A stretch of 64,000 nt of DNA from Methanomicrobia archaeon (GCA_016930255.1 JAFGHB010000022.1:14989-78988), one strand, 5' to 3'; shown: positions 1 through 10,769, counted from the first letter of the stretch. The notes: a model not told the origin generated them from the letters alone. A program made the numbers and translations.

Positions 1-808
1 CGATAATGTCATAGCCGGTCGCAACGATGATTGTTCCCACATTATACTCCTCTATCTTCTCTTCCATATCAAAATCAATAGCCTTCGCACCACATGCCAA
101 TATGCATGGAGGGACTTCTACGTCTTCTTTACCCTCTTTCAGGTACGCGCGCACATTTTCAATCGTTGCTTTCCCGCACTTGCCCTTCTTTATCATCTGA
201 CAACGCTCGGGATCAACGCAGTACACGGCCGGAATTGCCTGCGGGAACGGCCTGTAGATCGACCCTCTCTTCCCCAGATTCTCGTCAAATTCGTTCGGGA
301 ATTTGTATGCGAATCGGCAATCCTGCTCGCAGAGCGCACAGCCGGTGCAAATTTCTTCAATGACGTATCGCGGCTTCCGCTTTACCTTCACTTTGAAATT
401 ACCAATGGAGCCTTCCACGCCGACCACCTCGGAATAACTCATCAGGTTTATGTTCTTGTGCTTCGAAACATCAACCATTCGCGGCGTTAAGATACACGCC
501 GAACAATCGAGAGTCGGGAACGTCTTATCAAGCTGTGCCATATGCCCGCCGATCGTCGCAGATCGTTCGACTACGTGCACCTTGAATCCGGCATCTGCCA
601 TATCCAACGCGGCGTACATCCCTGCTATTCCTCCGCCTATCACCAGTGCCTCTGGAATAATATCGACTTCCTTCTCTTCAACTTTCTCTAAACAAGAAGC
701 TTCAACTTTGCCCTTTATTGATTGCATCAAATTCCGCGTTTTTTCTTCTATATCGCTTTTCGGTTTCTCTTTTTCTACTTCTACTTCGGCTTCAGCTTCA
801 GTTGCCAT
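1..808 (-). CDS. hdrA: heterodisulfide reductase subunit A-like FAD/FeS oxidoreductase (HdrA family), partial; the far end of the protein lies outside the window
   Basis: Minus-strand ATG at 806-808 with an upstream GGTGGA SD. The translation MATEAEAEVEV...IIPEALVIGGGIAGMYAALDMADAGFKVHVVERSATIGGHMAQLDKTFPTLDCSACILTP...CTGCALCEQDC has the FAD-binding GGGIAG motif, the HdrA-typical DCSACILTP motif and a ferredoxin-type CxxCxxC. It is absent from the ORF track because it runs off the window edge. Confidence 0.7.
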   Translation of the reverse strand, partial: MATEAEAEVEVEKEKPKSDIEEKTRNLMQSIKGKVEASCLEKVEEKEVDIIPEALVIGGGIAGMYAALDMADAGFKVHVVERSATIGGHMAQLDKTFPTLDCSACILTPRMVDVSKHKNINLMSYSEVVGVEGSIGNFKVKVKRKPRYVIEEICTGCALCEQDCRFAYKFPNEFDENLGKRGSIYRPFPQAIPAVYCVDPERCQMIKKGKCGKATIENVRAYLKEGKEDVEVPPCILACGAKAIDFDMEEKIEEYNVGTIIVATGYDII

Positions 809-871
809 ACCTTTTCCACCCCTACTCTTTCTTCGTTACGCTACATATAAATCTTTTGCTTTTTTTCCGCG

Positions 872-2173
872 TCACGGTACTAACCTTCTCCGATCGCGCG
901 GGAAAAGCACTGCTTCCCGTACGTTATCGAGCTCGAGCATGCTCATGAGCAGTCGTTCAACGCCGAGCCCCCAGCCTGCATGGGGCGGCATGCCGAACCG
1001 GAACGCATTGAGATAAAACTCGAAACTATCCGGACTGAGACCTTTCGCTTCGATATTCTCCTTCAGCAGCTCGTACGAATGAACACGCTGCGAGCCCGAA
1101 GAGAGTTCTAATCGCGGATGCATCAGGTCAAATGCATCGCACGTATCCTTGCCCTCGATCGGCTGCGCGTAGAACGGCTTTATCGCACGCGGCCAATCGG
1201 TGATGAAATAGTGCTCGCCTATCGTCTTGCCAAGGATATGCTCTGCAGACGTGCTGAGGTCATCGCCCCATTCGATCAGCTCACCCGCTTCTAAAAGTAT
1301 GTCGATCGCTTCTTCATACCGTATGCGTCTAAACGGTGTTTTGGGCACCTGGAAATCCAACTCGAAGCTCTCCAGGCCGGGATATGCTGCGACCTTCGAG
1401 TAGACCGCGGCGATGAGCTCCTCTAAAAGCGCCATTACCGTTTCGTTCGAGACAAAGGCGACTTCAACGTCCGCGGATGTCGCTTCGTTGAGGTGCTTGG
1501 TGGTGTCGTGCTCCTCGGCGCGGAATATCGGCGCGATCTCGAAGACTGCGTCGAGCCCTGAAGCGATGAGCATCTGCTTGTACAGTTGCGGGCTCTGGTT
1601 CAAGAACGCTTCACGTTCGAAATAAGTAATGGGGAAGAGCGCGGTGCCACCTTCCGTCGCGGCACTCACGATCTTCGGCGTGTTTATCTCGATAAAGCCT
1701 CTGTCGCTGAGGAAATCCCTGATCGTTTTGAGCATACGGCTGCGAATGATAAAGATATGCTTCGTCCGTTCGGTTCGCACGTCCATGAATCGCGCATCAA
1801 GTCGCGTGTCCAGCTCGGCGCCCACTTTGCCCGTGGTGTCCAGCGGTAAAACTTGTGATGCGACGCTGAGCACGTCCATTCGCTCGGGTATGAGTTCATA
1901 ACCATTCGGCGCTTTTGGCTCGCCCTTTACTATCCCTTCGATCACGACGACGGACTCACGCGGGACTTTCTTCGCGCGTTCGAACAGTTCCGTATCTATT
2001 GTCTTCTTGAAGAGCGTAACTTGGGCATAGCCTTCACGGTCTCGCACGATAAGGAAAAAGACCCCGCCGAGATCCCGCTTCTCGTGCACCCAGCCTGCGA
2101 TACGCACGCGTTCGCCATCATCGTTCGTAGTTATTTCGTTCGAGTATTTCCGGTTCTCGATTGGGAGTTTCAT
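872..2173 (-). CDS. aspS: aspartyl-tRNA synthetase, archaeal/eukaryal type
   Basis: 433-aa ORF with an N-terminal OB anticodon-binding fold ([29 protein letters not shown]), class II aaRS motifs (FRAEE...[15 protein letters not shown]) and the typical archaeal AspRS length. Confidence 0.9.
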   Translation of the reverse strand: MKLPIENRKYSNEITTNDDGERVRIAGWVHEKRDLGGVFFLIVRDREGYAQVTLFKKTIDTELFERAKKVPRESVVVIEGIVKGEPKAPNGYELIPERMDVLSVASQVLPLDTTGKVGAELDTRLDARFMDVRTERTKHIFIIRSRMLKTIRDFLSDRGFIEINTPKIVSAATEGGTALFPITYFEREAFLNQSPQLYKQMLIASGLDAVFEIAPIFRAEEHDTTKHLNEATSADVEVAFVSNETVMALLEELIAAVYSKVAAYPGLESFELDFQVPKTPFRRIRYEEAIDILLEAGELIEWGDDLSTSAEHILGKTIGEHYFITDWPRAIKPFYAQPIEGKDTCDAFDLMHPRLELSSGSQRVHSYELLKENIEAKGLSPDSFEFYLNAFRFGMPPHAGWGLGVERLLMSMLELDNVREAVLFPRDRRRLVP

Positions 2174-2656
2174 GTCTTGCTTTCATCCTAAGTGCTTCTT
2201 CCAAAAATAAGGCTTATACGTGTAGTATACGAGCACCTTAATTAAGAAACATTTATTTAGCTCCCGATCTATCTCCAAGGTGCAGTTCGAGCTCTCGCGC
2301 ATTCCGTGAATTTTTGCGTTCTCGCTAAAAGTACTTACACGACCAAGCCTTCCGCTTTTCAAAAAGCGATGTGTTTGCTTCGATATCTGTGCAATTGAGA
2401 AGGGACAAGATAAACGGATCCTGTTTTAAGAAGAGATTGGTGAGGGGTAAGGTCTGAGATATTTTTGAGGATTTTGATTATCATTCAGTGGACTAGTACT
2501 TTTTAGGTTAACCATAAGTGCTTCGATATCTGCCATGCTTCCGCTCCCCGTTTAACCTTCGTAGTCCTGTTAGCTATAAGATTAGCTAACAAAAATAGAA
2601 AAGCTTATATGTAGCATTTTACCTAACAGTACCTTTGGGAGGTATACCGCCGGAAG

Positions 2657-4027
2657 ATGAAAAAAGGCGTGAAGGTTTTGGGTGTGATTAATGATATTTA
2701 TCAGAAAGCGCCGATATTGGCAATTTGTGTGCTTTTTTTAGTAGCTATGGGCACAGTTTGCTTTGTATCTGCGTCTAATACGGCGTATAGCGTGCCAATT
2801 GGGGCAGAAGCAGAGGATTTGGCGGATAATAATTTGGTGCTCGCTTTTACCGGGGAGTTGGCTAATGGCGCTTTCAGCTCTCTCGAGGGATGGTCAGAAG
2901 ATATACGCGTAACCACGGATTCGTCAGATTCTTCTTACCCAGCAATTGCGGTGGATAGCACCAACAATGTCCATATAACCTGGTATGATTACAGGGACGG
3001 AAATGAGGAGATTTATTACACCAAGTTAGACAACAGTGGAACGACGCTGGTTGATGACACCCGCATAACCACGGATTCTGCAATTTCTGGGGGGCTCAGC
3101 AATTGCGGTGGATAGCACCAACAATGTTCATATAACCTGGGAAGATTACCGGGACGGAAACGCGGAAATTTATTACACCAAGTTAGACAGCAATGGAACG
3201 ACGCTGGTTGATGACACCCGCTTAACCACGGATTCTGCAGATTCTTCTTACCCAGCAATTGCGGTTGATAACACCAACTGTATCCACATAACTTGGGAAG
3301 ATTTGCGGGACGGAAATGAGGAGATTTATTACAAAAATAATTGTGGCGGTGCGCCACCAGAAAATCAACCACCAATCGTGGATTTTACGTACTCTCCGCT
3401 CCAACCGATTCTCGCTGAGACTGTAACCTTCAACGCCACCGCTTCGTACGACCCAGATGGTAATATCACAGGAGCTTTGGCGATGGAAACAGTACCAACA
3501 CAACAGAATCAACGATTACACATTCTTACGTTTCAATAGGTGAGTATACCGTGAACTTAACCGTAACCGATGACAAAGATGCAACGAATAAAACGTCCAG
3601 AGTGATTAAAGTTTTTCCGGACGTGCCCTACTTAGATACTGAACCAGGCACCTATCCAAGTATCTGCGGCCTCCATAACGGAACGATTGAGATGACACAT
3701 ACAGTTAACGTCAGTACAATCTATCTCTATCCGTGTACAGGCACTGGCGGGCATATCGAATACGCAAAGATATGGAACGCATCGTGGGAGGGGGCAGAGG
3801 CACACTGGCATGGGTACGTGGACAATTGGCACAATTGTTCGTTCGATACAAACTTTACGCTTGTGGCAGGTGCGATATACAACTACACGATCCGCACGGG
3901 CTCGTATCCGCAAATCCATCATCAACCCGAATTGTTGACTGCAAAAGGGTGGATCACGTGCTCGGAGTTCGTGGACATCAACGGTAAGAGGCACGAGGGC
4001 TGGATACCGGCGATTAGATTAGAATAA
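2657..4027 (+). pseudogene. membrane-anchored cell-surface protein with three tandem ~47-aa repeats and a PKD domain. It is interrupted by two single-base frameshifts, which may be homopolymer sequencing errors.
   Basis: Three consecutive ORFs (2657-3115, 3108-3539, 3551-4027) read as one protein once the frame changes at ~3090 (G6 run) and ~3470 are allowed for. The N-terminus has a TM helix (ILAICVLFLVAMGTVCFV). The repeat is SYPAIAVDSTNNVHITWxDYRDGNxEIYYTKLDxxGTTLVDDTRxTTDSA. The frame-corrected PKD domain is DPDGNITGSFGDGNSTNTTESTITHSYVSIGEYTVNLTVTDDKDATNKTSRVIKVF. Confidence 0.5.
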
Positions 4028-4148
4028 AAGTTCTTTCAGACAAGTCACTTTGAAGCACTTTGAGGCAAGAAGTAGAGTGACACCTATAAATAAAAGGAAT
4101 ACAGAAATAATAAAATAGCTATGAATCGCCGTCTGCAGGTGCTGAAAA

Positions 4149-4385
4149 ATGAAGAAATTTAACCTGACAGCTACGATATGGGAAGAAGAAGGCGTATATG
4201 TTTCAAAATGTCCTGAGTTGGGTGTTGCGAGTTGCGGCGATACACCGGAAGAAGCACTCAGTAATTTGAAAGAAGCAGTGGAGCTCTACCTCGATAATGC
4301 GAGAGAGTTGGGGCTTATTGTAGAGTTGGAAACCGCTCTTACGTCCTCACATAAATTCACTTCTACCTTTGAGGTAACTGCATGA
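4149..4385 (+). CDS. hicB: HicB-like antitoxin (UPF0150 family)
   Basis: 78 aa, TATIWEEEGVYVSKCPELGVASCGDTPEEALSNLKEAVELYLDN, matching the UPF0150/HicB fold signature. It overlaps the downstream hicA by 4 nt (ATGA). Confidence 0.7.
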   Translation: MKKFNLTATIWEEEGVYVSKCPELGVASCGDTPEEALSNLKEAVELYLDNARELGLIVELETALTSSHKFTSTFEVTA

Positions 4386-4623
4386 AGAAGCTGCCCGTGG
4401 TTTCTTCAGATGACGTAATCAAAGCATTGAAAAAAGAGGGTTTTGAATATGCTCCAAAGCGTGGTAAGGGAAGCCACACGGCACTTTTCAAAATTGATGA
4501 AAAAGGGCGTAAATTACTTGTTATTGTGCCAAAAAGAGAGAACTGCCCAAAGGCACTCTTTTATCCATTCTTCAACAAGCTAATTTATCGAAAGATGATT
4601 TCATTGAACTCTTGAAGACATAA
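4382..4623 (+). CDS. hicA: HicA mRNA-interferase toxin. It has a frameshift in an A-run near 4528-4533; the corrected C-terminus is ELPKGTLLSILQQANLSKDDFIELLKT.
   Basis: The N-terminus DVIKALKKEGFEYAPKRGKGSHTALFK...GRKLLVIVPKR is canonical HicA. The track ORF ends at 4615 in a shifted frame. The +1 frame continues with the canonical HicA tail and stops at 4621-4623. Confidence 0.65.
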
Positions 4624-4867
4624 TCAAAACAAAGACAGAGAACAACAGACTGCCAAGGATGCCCCTAATTTATTCCTGAATGGTGCGGTTAGGGCGGTCT
4701 TTAATTAGAAGTAACACTTTCAAAAACTTTGAGCCATCATTTGTGGCTGGGAAGGTTTGTAAGTCAAACCCATTAGAAAAAGGTTTAATCCAAAACGCTG
4801 CGCTGCTTCCTTTGGTAAAGCTTTTCTTTTTTAAGAAAAGGTTTGTTGATAAGGAGGGCCGTGCCTC

Positions 4868-6382
4868 TTATTCGAACAGCAGCCGGGCGAGCATGCTGCT
4901 CTTCTTCTCGTCTCTTTCATCGGCCTCCTCTGAATCATCCGAATCCCACTCGACCGTCTTCGATACCGCTGCTTTTCTCGCTGCTCCTCCCCCTCTTGTC
5001 TCCGCAGCTCTACCGCCGTGCTCGCTCTTTCGCACACGGACATCGACCATAATGGGCATCTCGATGCTCGGACTCGAAAGTAACGCGACGCCCTGCGGTA
5101 TCCGCTTGATCTCCTCTTCCATCTCGCTGCTCATAAACTCCAGACCTCTGCTCAACGCCTTGATATCGTTCGGATTCGTCACCTTCAGGATGATCTGCGT
5201 ATTGCACTGCGAGATGACGTTCTTATCCACCCGCGCGGGTCGTTGCGAGATGACGAGCAGCCCCAGCCCGAACTTCCGGCCCTCCGACGCGATGGTTCTC
5301 AAAATATTTGAGCTGACCGCCTGCCCGAATCCCCGTTCCGGACAGAAGTTGTGCGCCTCCTCGATAACGAGCACAAACGGCGGAATCTTGCCCATCTTCC
5401 TGCCTTCAAAAACCTCTTTGCAGAGTCGGTAAACGATTAACTGCTGTAATTTCGGCTCGGCACCTTTCATATCGAGTATAGACGCCTTACCCTCTTTAAC
5501 GAGCTCTTCTATTCGTGTCGGGCTGTCGGAGAGTATGCCGGTATCCCGGATCCGTTCGAGGAAGTGGATGATCTTCCATTTGGTGGTGCTCTTGCTCTCG
5601 ACCACCTCCTTGATGATATCGTCGATCGTGTAAAACTCCTTTCGCGCTTTGATTTCGTTTATACATTGGTATAAAACGCCTAATTGCGCGTCAGACAACG
5701 TGAAGAAGTCATATAATTCGTTTACGCTCAGATTGATCCCATCGATGCGAAATAGCCTGTCCGCAGCTGGATTTATCGAGAAATTCGCCGGTGTGTACAC
5801 CACAACTTGAGGGGCATACCCTTTCGGCGCGATCGCGAATTTATCCATCTGCCTCCGCTCTTCTTCGCTCTGGTTCTCGTATTTCAGTGAGAGATACTCG
5901 CCGTGCGGGTCAACGATAAGCAACGGGACGTTCTTGTCGAGCAGCTCCTCGATGAGCACGCCAGCCGTGTACGACTTGCCACTGCCCGTCTTCGCCAGGA
6001 TGCTGCAGTGTTTCTGGATTAGCTCGTCTTTCTTCAGATAGACCGGAATGTCACGCCCGTCAAGCATACCCAGGTGGATGCCCTTGTTTTTGAGCCCCAG
6101 CGTGTCCATGACGAAACTCTGATCTGCTTTGAAGATCTTGGCATCACGCGGGAGCGTACTTTTTGGCTGCATCAGAAAGCCGCGTTCGTCTTTATACCCG
6201 ATGATCTCCACGGTTGCCGTCTTCTCTTCGACGTCAACCATAGATACGACACGCCCGAGGATCCAGCCGTCTAATTCATTCCATACCTTTACGTACTCGT
6301 TCCTCCTTACCTCGCTGGAGACGGTAAAATCGAACTCGTGCAGTCCAACATCACCCGAAATCGTGCCTACTAACTTATACAT
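4868..6382 (-). CDS. herA: HerA-like hexameric ATPase/helicase (DUF87, FtsK/HerA superfamily)
   Basis: 504 aa with an N-terminal HAS-barrel-like region, Walker A (ILAKTGSGKSYTAG), LLIVDPHGEY and a Walker B region (VLVIEEAHNF), plus an acidic C-terminal tail. Confidence 0.7.
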   Translation of the reverse strand: MYKLVGTISGDVGLHEFDFTVSSEVRRNEYVKVWNELDGWILGRVVSMVDVEEKTATVEIIGYKDERGFLMQPKSTLPRDAKIFKADQSFVMDTLGLKNKGIHLGMLDGRDIPVYLKKDELIQKHCSILAKTGSGKSYTAGVLIEELLDKNVPLLIVDPHGEYLSLKYENQSEEERRQMDKFAIAPKGYAPQVVVYTPANFSINPAADRLFRIDGINLSVNELYDFFTLSDAQLGVLYQCINEIKARKEFYTIDDIIKEVVESKSTTKWKIIHFLERIRDTGILSDSPTRIEELVKEGKASILDMKGAEPKLQQLIVYRLCKEVFEGRKMGKIPPFVLVIEEAHNFCPERGFGQAVSSNILRTIASEGRKFGLGLLVISQRPARVDKNVISQCNTQIILKVTNPNDIKALSRGLEFMSSEMEEEIKRIPQGVALLSSPSIEMPIMVDVRVRKSEHGGRAAETRGGGAARKAAVSKTVEWDSDDSEEADERDEKKSSMLARLLFE

Positions 6383-6532
6383 CTTACACTCCCTGGATCG
6401 GATATCCGTTACCTCTCACTACCCACGTACGTACTTACGCGACGCGAAAGGATGCATCGTAACAGCTCATGCGTGACGGACGCCAAATGGAAATTATAGA
6501 GAGCAGATCCAATCAAATTGAATTGAATTATG

Positions 6533-6907
6533 CTATACTAATACCGCATTCACGATCCCCTCTTGACCCGGTCGGCTGGTTACGACCGCGTCGCCAAGTT
6601 CAGTCTCGATTACCGCGCCCTTTGTCGTAATGTTCCGGCGTGCGTAGAACGGATTTGCGGGATTCTTCTTCACGGTGATTATTTTAACCGTTTTCGTAGT
6701 TCCACTCTTCGGATCCGCGACATTTGCCAGTTCACATTTAAGTAGCCTCAGTTTACTGCGACCGCCGCGCGTTCTGATCGTTCGTCTTCGTGTCTCGCCG
6801 ATGGTCGTGTCTGCTGCGGGCCTACCCGCCTCGTGCTCCCGCTTCTTACGATTTCGATGAAGCCTTCCTCCCGTGGACTTTCGTCTTGATTTACCTTGCC
6901 ATCTCAT
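6533..6907 (-). CDS. rps8e: 30S ribosomal protein S8e
   Basis: 124 aa starting MRWQGKSRRKSTGGRLHRNRKK..., typical of archaeal S8e. Confidence 0.85.
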   Translation of the reverse strand: MRWQGKSRRKSTGGRLHRNRKKREHEAGRPAADTTIGETRRRTIRTRGGRSKLRLLKCELANVADPKSGTTKTVKIITVKKNPANPFYARRNITTKGAVIETELGDAVVTSRPGQEGIVNAVLV

Positions 6908-6910
6908 TTT

Positions 6911-7073
6911 TTACGGACCCACAAACCCACATTTGTCACACTTATATAAATTACTTTGCTTTCTGCACTTCGCGCATCTACCTATCTCGTTCTCTCCGCA
7001 GTTCGGGCACGGAAAGACGGTGAATCCCTTCTCCAGCAATTTTACTCCGCAGGATGTGCAATACTCGGTCATA
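6911..7073 (-). CDS. small Zn-ribbon protein (COG2888-like, predicted RNA-binding/translation-associated)
   Basis: The 54-aa [56 protein letters not shown] has four CxxC pairs. It is not in the ORF track because it is under 60 aa. It is preceded by an AAGAGGAG SD. Confidence 0.6.
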
Positions 7074-7682
7074 GCATGCTCCTCTTCTTTTTATTTCTAT
7101 TTCGATTTTTAGCTTTGAAGTTTTATCTGTCTCTTCGCCGGTCGCCGTCACGCTTGTCATAGCTACCACCGTGGACGGCATACTATACTTACATCTTCCT
7201 CCATTAATAATAACATCCGCTTCTATTTCTACTTCTTCAACCCGGGTCGGCGGAGTTTTACCGGATATGTTCGCGCTCGTTGCGGTTATCGGCCCCGTCT
7301 CGTGTATTATACGCAGTGCTATTTCGTTATCTGGGAATCGAACGCCAACGAGATCGGACCCCGCAGTTACGAGATCCGGCACGCACTTTTTTCCCCGTAA
7401 TAATACCGTGACCGGCCCGGGCAGCAGCTCTTTTAAAATGGCCATCAGTTCGGCGTCCACGTATGCAACGGTCTGTAGCATCTCGAATGATGAGACGGCG
7501 AGTGAGAGCGGGTTTGACAGGTCTCGACCTTTGAGTTCGTACACTTCCCGCACCGCATCCTCCGAAAGCGCATCGGCACCCAAACCGTACACCGTCTCCG
7601 TAGGGTACACGACCGTACCCCCACGCTTGATTGCAGCGATCGCGGCCCGTATCTGGTCTTCTACCTCTTTATCGGTTGACAT
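6978..7682 (-). CDS. tsaC: L-threonylcarbamoyladenylate synthase (YrdC/Sua5/TsaC family). The C-terminal ~30 aa overlap the Zn-ribbon gene in another frame and are doubtful.
   Basis: YrdC-domain motifs: [49 protein letters not shown]. The ORF is longer than a typical YrdC and runs about 95 nt into the downstream gene. A homopolymer indel may have removed the real stop codon. Confidence 0.7.
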   Translation of the reverse strand: MSTDKEVEDQIRAAIAAIKRGGTVVYPTETVYGLGADALSEDAVREVYELKGRDLSNPLSLAVSSFEMLQTVAYVDAELMAILKELLPGPVTVLLRGKKCVPDLVTAGSDLVGVRFPDNEIALRIIHETGPITATSANISGKTPPTRVEEVEIEADVIINGGRCKYSMPSTVVAMTSVTATGEETDKTSKLKIEIEIKRRGACYDRVLHILRSKIAGEGIHRLSVPELRRERDR

Positions 7683-7739
7683 TCCTTTTTCTTTGCGTGA
7701 TAGTACGAAATTAGGAGCAAATGTAAAGAGACCGGAATG

Positions 7740-8537
7740 TTACTTAAACCACTCTTCAGGACGCGTAAGAAACTCAAGCTGCTCGGGCTCTCGCAATAGG
7801 TCATACAGTGCTCTGTCCTTGCTCAGCATGAGCCCACGTGGCCAGGTCTCCTCAGGCTGTAAGAATCGTATATCCGGCACATCATCGTACTCGTCGTTCT
7901 TGATAAACTCGCCATACGTCAGTTCGAAATACGCTGCTCCTTTTCGCTGCTTTATTGGCTCGTAGATCGATGAGAACGTTCGTGCAACCCAGTTCGCCAT
8001 CTTTAACGCCGATTCGGACGGATTAATCGTAACGTGCCCATAATCAGGAGGAACGATAACTTTATCTCCTTTCTTCGCTTTTACCACGATTACGTCGGTT
8101 ATCTTTTCAATGCCTTGTATCTCTTCACGTTTTTGCAGTAAATAATGCGCTTCGCCCTCTAATACTCCGTACATCTCTGGGTAGGTCTGTTTTGAATCAT
8201 CGGGGCACGGATGATAGTGCCCTGCGGTTTTAACAAATTCCACGCCGAGGTTATTCGGCGGAATAATCGTGATGTCGTATCGCAATCCCAATTTGGCTAT
8301 CTTATTCGCGTCCGCTTCGTTCTTCGATACGTCTCTGAACATATAGTACAGTTCCATATCCATGCTCGCGTTCGCTAAAAAGCGTTTATTAAACAGAACC
8401 CCCTCCATATCCTTCAGTGTCCTCGCTTCAGGGTAGAACGTTCTCTCTCCAAATTTTAATTCCTGCCACGTTGCACTCATCTCGTTAAACACTCTTATTA
8501 ATAGCATGTTTACGATATTTAAATATGGATACTGCAT
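7740..8537 (-). CDS. pgiA: cupin-type glucose-6-phosphate isomerase (cPGI)
   Basis: Motifs shared with archaeal cPGI: DMEGV, TAGHYH, YPEMYGVLEGEAHYLLQK, VIVPPDYGHVTINPS. The true start may be downstream of the first Met of the ORF. Confidence 0.65.
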   Translation of the reverse strand: MQYPYLNIVNMLLIRVFNEMSATWQELKFGERTFYPEARTLKDMEGVLFNKRFLANASMDMELYYMFRDVSKNEADANKIAKLGLRYDITIIPPNNLGVEFVKTAGHYHPCPDDSKQTYPEMYGVLEGEAHYLLQKREEIQGIEKITDVIVVKAKKGDKVIVPPDYGHVTINPSESALKMANWVARTFSSIYEPIKQRKGAAYFELTYGEFIKNDEYDDVPDIRFLQPEETWPRGLMLSKDRALYDLLREPEQLEFLTRPEEWFK

Positions 8538-9757
8538 CCACGACGATAACCGTTCAATTCGGGAGATCGTCGAAGCTTTTCGAGATTATACAACGCCCGA
8601 TACCGCATATCGTTGTTGATTCGAGCAAGGAGCTGCACGGCTGGTGGAACGGAATAGAGCCGTACGGGAATCGAGAATGCACCTCGGAGAAGCTCCTGAT
8701 AAACCCGTATAACGGCTGCAGCCATAACTGCCTCTTCTGTTATTCGCACGCGTTCGGCGGCTATTTCAAACTATTTCGCGAGCACGGGGTCGTTACGGTA
8801 TTCAAAGATTTCGATAAACGGCTTGCGCGGCAATTGGATGGACTCACCGTTGCGAGCTGCGGCTATCTCTCTCCGGTTACCGACCCGTTCCAGCCGCTCA
8901 ATGACCGATACGAACTGAGCGAGCGGATCGTAAAGGTGTTTGTCGATCGTAATATCCCGGTGCAGTTCACCACGAAGGGTAAAATAAGCGAAACGGCACT
9001 CAACCTGATCAAGAGACAGGGTCACTCGTTTGGCGAGGTATCCATCCTGACGCCGGACGAAGCGAAACGACAGCGACTGATGGTGGGCGGCGCAACAACC
9101 GAGGAGCTGGTGCGAAACCTAGAGCGGCTTACGAACGCAGGCACGTTTGCCGTGTGCCGGATTGACCCGATAATACCGTATGTGACGGATAACCAGGAAG
9201 AACTGGACGATTTAGTACAGAGGGTGGTTGATGCTGGTGCGGGGCATATCATAACGAGCTGTCTGGACATTCCTCTGGTGATGAAGCACGAACTGTACGA
9301 AGAGCTGTCGAAAAGGTTCGACGTTCCCAAAACGCACTTTGCCGATTTGTATACCGAGACGATGAGCGGACGGCTTCACGCGAAGCTAGCATACCGGCGG
9401 AAGCTGTTCGGCATGATGCGGGCGATATGCGATCGAAATAAAGTGACGATGGGGCTCTGTATGGAATTTCAATCCCTCAAAGGGAAGTACGTCACGGGTT
9501 TGAACAGGGAGTTTATGAGCTCTTATAACTGCGAAGGCATCGACGTGCCGCTTTACGTACGTGCGGGCGACAGCAAGCGGTTTGAGCCCGTTCATAGTTG
9601 TAAGGGGAATTGCTTACAATGCCATATCATGGATAGCGCGCCGGTATGTGGTATTCCGGACTTGCAGCAGGCGAGCGCGTGGAAATTAAAAGATTACCGA
9701 AGGTGGAGCCTGCAGTTGAAAGAACGAAGCGCGAAACAGCGCACGTTCGAGGTATGA
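8525..9757 (+). CDS. radical SAM protein, SplB/DNA-photolyase-like (COG1533)
   Basis: CSHNCLFCYS is a CxxxCxxC radical-SAM cluster motif. The protein is 410 aa with extra C-terminal Cys motifs. Confidence 0.65.
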   Translation: MDTASTTITVQFGRSSKLFEIIQRPIPHIVVDSSKELHGWWNGIEPYGNRECTSEKLLINPYNGCSHNCLFCYSHAFGGYFKLFREHGVVTVFKDFDKRLARQLDGLTVASCGYLSPVTDPFQPLNDRYELSERIVKVFVDRNIPVQFTTKGKISETALNLIKRQGHSFGEVSILTPDEAKRQRLMVGGATTEELVRNLERLTNAGTFAVCRIDPIIPYVTDNQEELDDLVQRVVDAGAGHIITSCLDIPLVMKHELYEELSKRFDVPKTHFADLYTETMSGRLHAKLAYRRKLFGMMRAICDRNKVTMGLCMEFQSLKGKYVTGLNREFMSSYNCEGIDVPLYVRAGDSKRFEPVHSCKGNCLQCHIMDSAPVCGIPDLQQASAWKLKDYRRWSLQLKERSAKQRTFEV

Positions 9758-9839
9758 GTGCTGTTCGGACACTAAGAAGCTAAGATAAGACGAGTAGCTT
9801 TTTCTTTGGTGTGCTTAATAAGATAGACGTAAAGTAATC

Positions 9840-10769
9840 ATGAACACCGCGATTTATCTCATCAGAGCAGTGAGCCTCATTACTTTCGGCGTGATCGTGG
9901 CGAACGTCGTGCTCGAGAGCGATGCGATGCGGAAGTTATCGCCGCTTATACGACCGTTCTGTAGTGCTTCGAACCTGCCGCGTGAAGGTACTATCTCGCT
10001 TTTCGCTGCCTTTTTCAATCCCACCGCTGGGAAATCGACCCTGGCGGGGTTCTATCACGAGGGTAAACTAACCGATAACGAAACGATCGTAACGCTCGTC
10101 ATGAGCACATTTCCGACCGTCGTTGGCGAATCGCTGTTCAGGGTGCATGCGCCGATTGCGCTCGTGCTGTTAGGCCCCGTTATCGGCAGCATTTATATCG
10201 CGCTCACGCTGCTCTCCGCGTTTCTACAGTCATTCGGCGCGTTCGTCTATGCGAAATTGCGCTTCCCGCAGCCGGCGTGTGTTGACGAGGAGATATATGC
10301 AGCTGCAACGGAAACAACAAAGAATCAGAAACTGAAAACGGCACTGAAGAAATCAGTTGCCACGTTGAAAAAGGTAGTACCAATAATGGTCGTGGCGTTT
10401 TTAGTGGTCGATATTCTGTTTACGCTCGGTCTCATGGACAATATTAGTGTCATCTTTGATCCGATCCTGCGCGTATTGGATCTGCCAGGGGAAGTAATCA
10501 CCGCACTCGTTGCGGATTTAGCGCATTTCTCCGCAGGTTACGCGATTGTCGCCGCACTGCTCGCGAAAGGCGTGATCACGGCGAAGCAAGCGATATTAAC
10601 ACTGCTCATTGGCAGCATGCTCATGATAACGCTCGTCTACCTGAAGTACAGCCTTCCCATGTATATGTCGCTCTTCGGCAAGCTCGGGGCGAAGATCACC
10701 GCGATTATGTACCTGAACAGTATGGTTGCGAAGGTGCTGATGATTCTGCTCGTTGTGGTAGTGATGTGA
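9840..10769 (+). CDS. polytopic integral membrane protein, function unknown (possibly the nucleoside-recognition/Gate-domain type)
   Basis: 309 aa with multiple hydrophobic helices and normal GC. I do not recognise the family with any confidence. Confidence 0.45.
   Translation: MNTAIYLIRAVSLITFGVIVANVVLESDAMRKLSPLIRPFCSASNLPREGTISLFAAFFNPTAGKSTLAGFYHEGKLTDNETIVTLVMSTFPTVVGESLFRVHAPIALVLLGPVIGSIYIALTLLSAFLQSFGAFVYAKLRFPQPACVDEEIYAAATETTKNQKLKTALKKSVATLKKVVPIMVVAFLVVDILFTLGLMDNISVIFDPILRVLDLPGEVITALVADLAHFSAGYAIVAALLAKGVITAKQAILTLLIGSMLMITLVYLKYSLPMYMSLFGKLGAKITAIMYLNSMVAKVLMILLVVVVM

Noticed and set aside
450-1016. 188-aa plus-strand ORF
   Set aside because: It runs antisense through the HdrA-like gene, which has strong family motifs on the minus strand. 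Its composition is low-complexity and S/T/A-rich, as antisense artefacts usually are.
4680-5432. 250-aa plus-strand ORF
   Set aside because: It lies wholly inside the HerA-like gene on the opposite strand. It has no motifs, and its S/L/R bias is typical of antisense translation of a GC-balanced gene.
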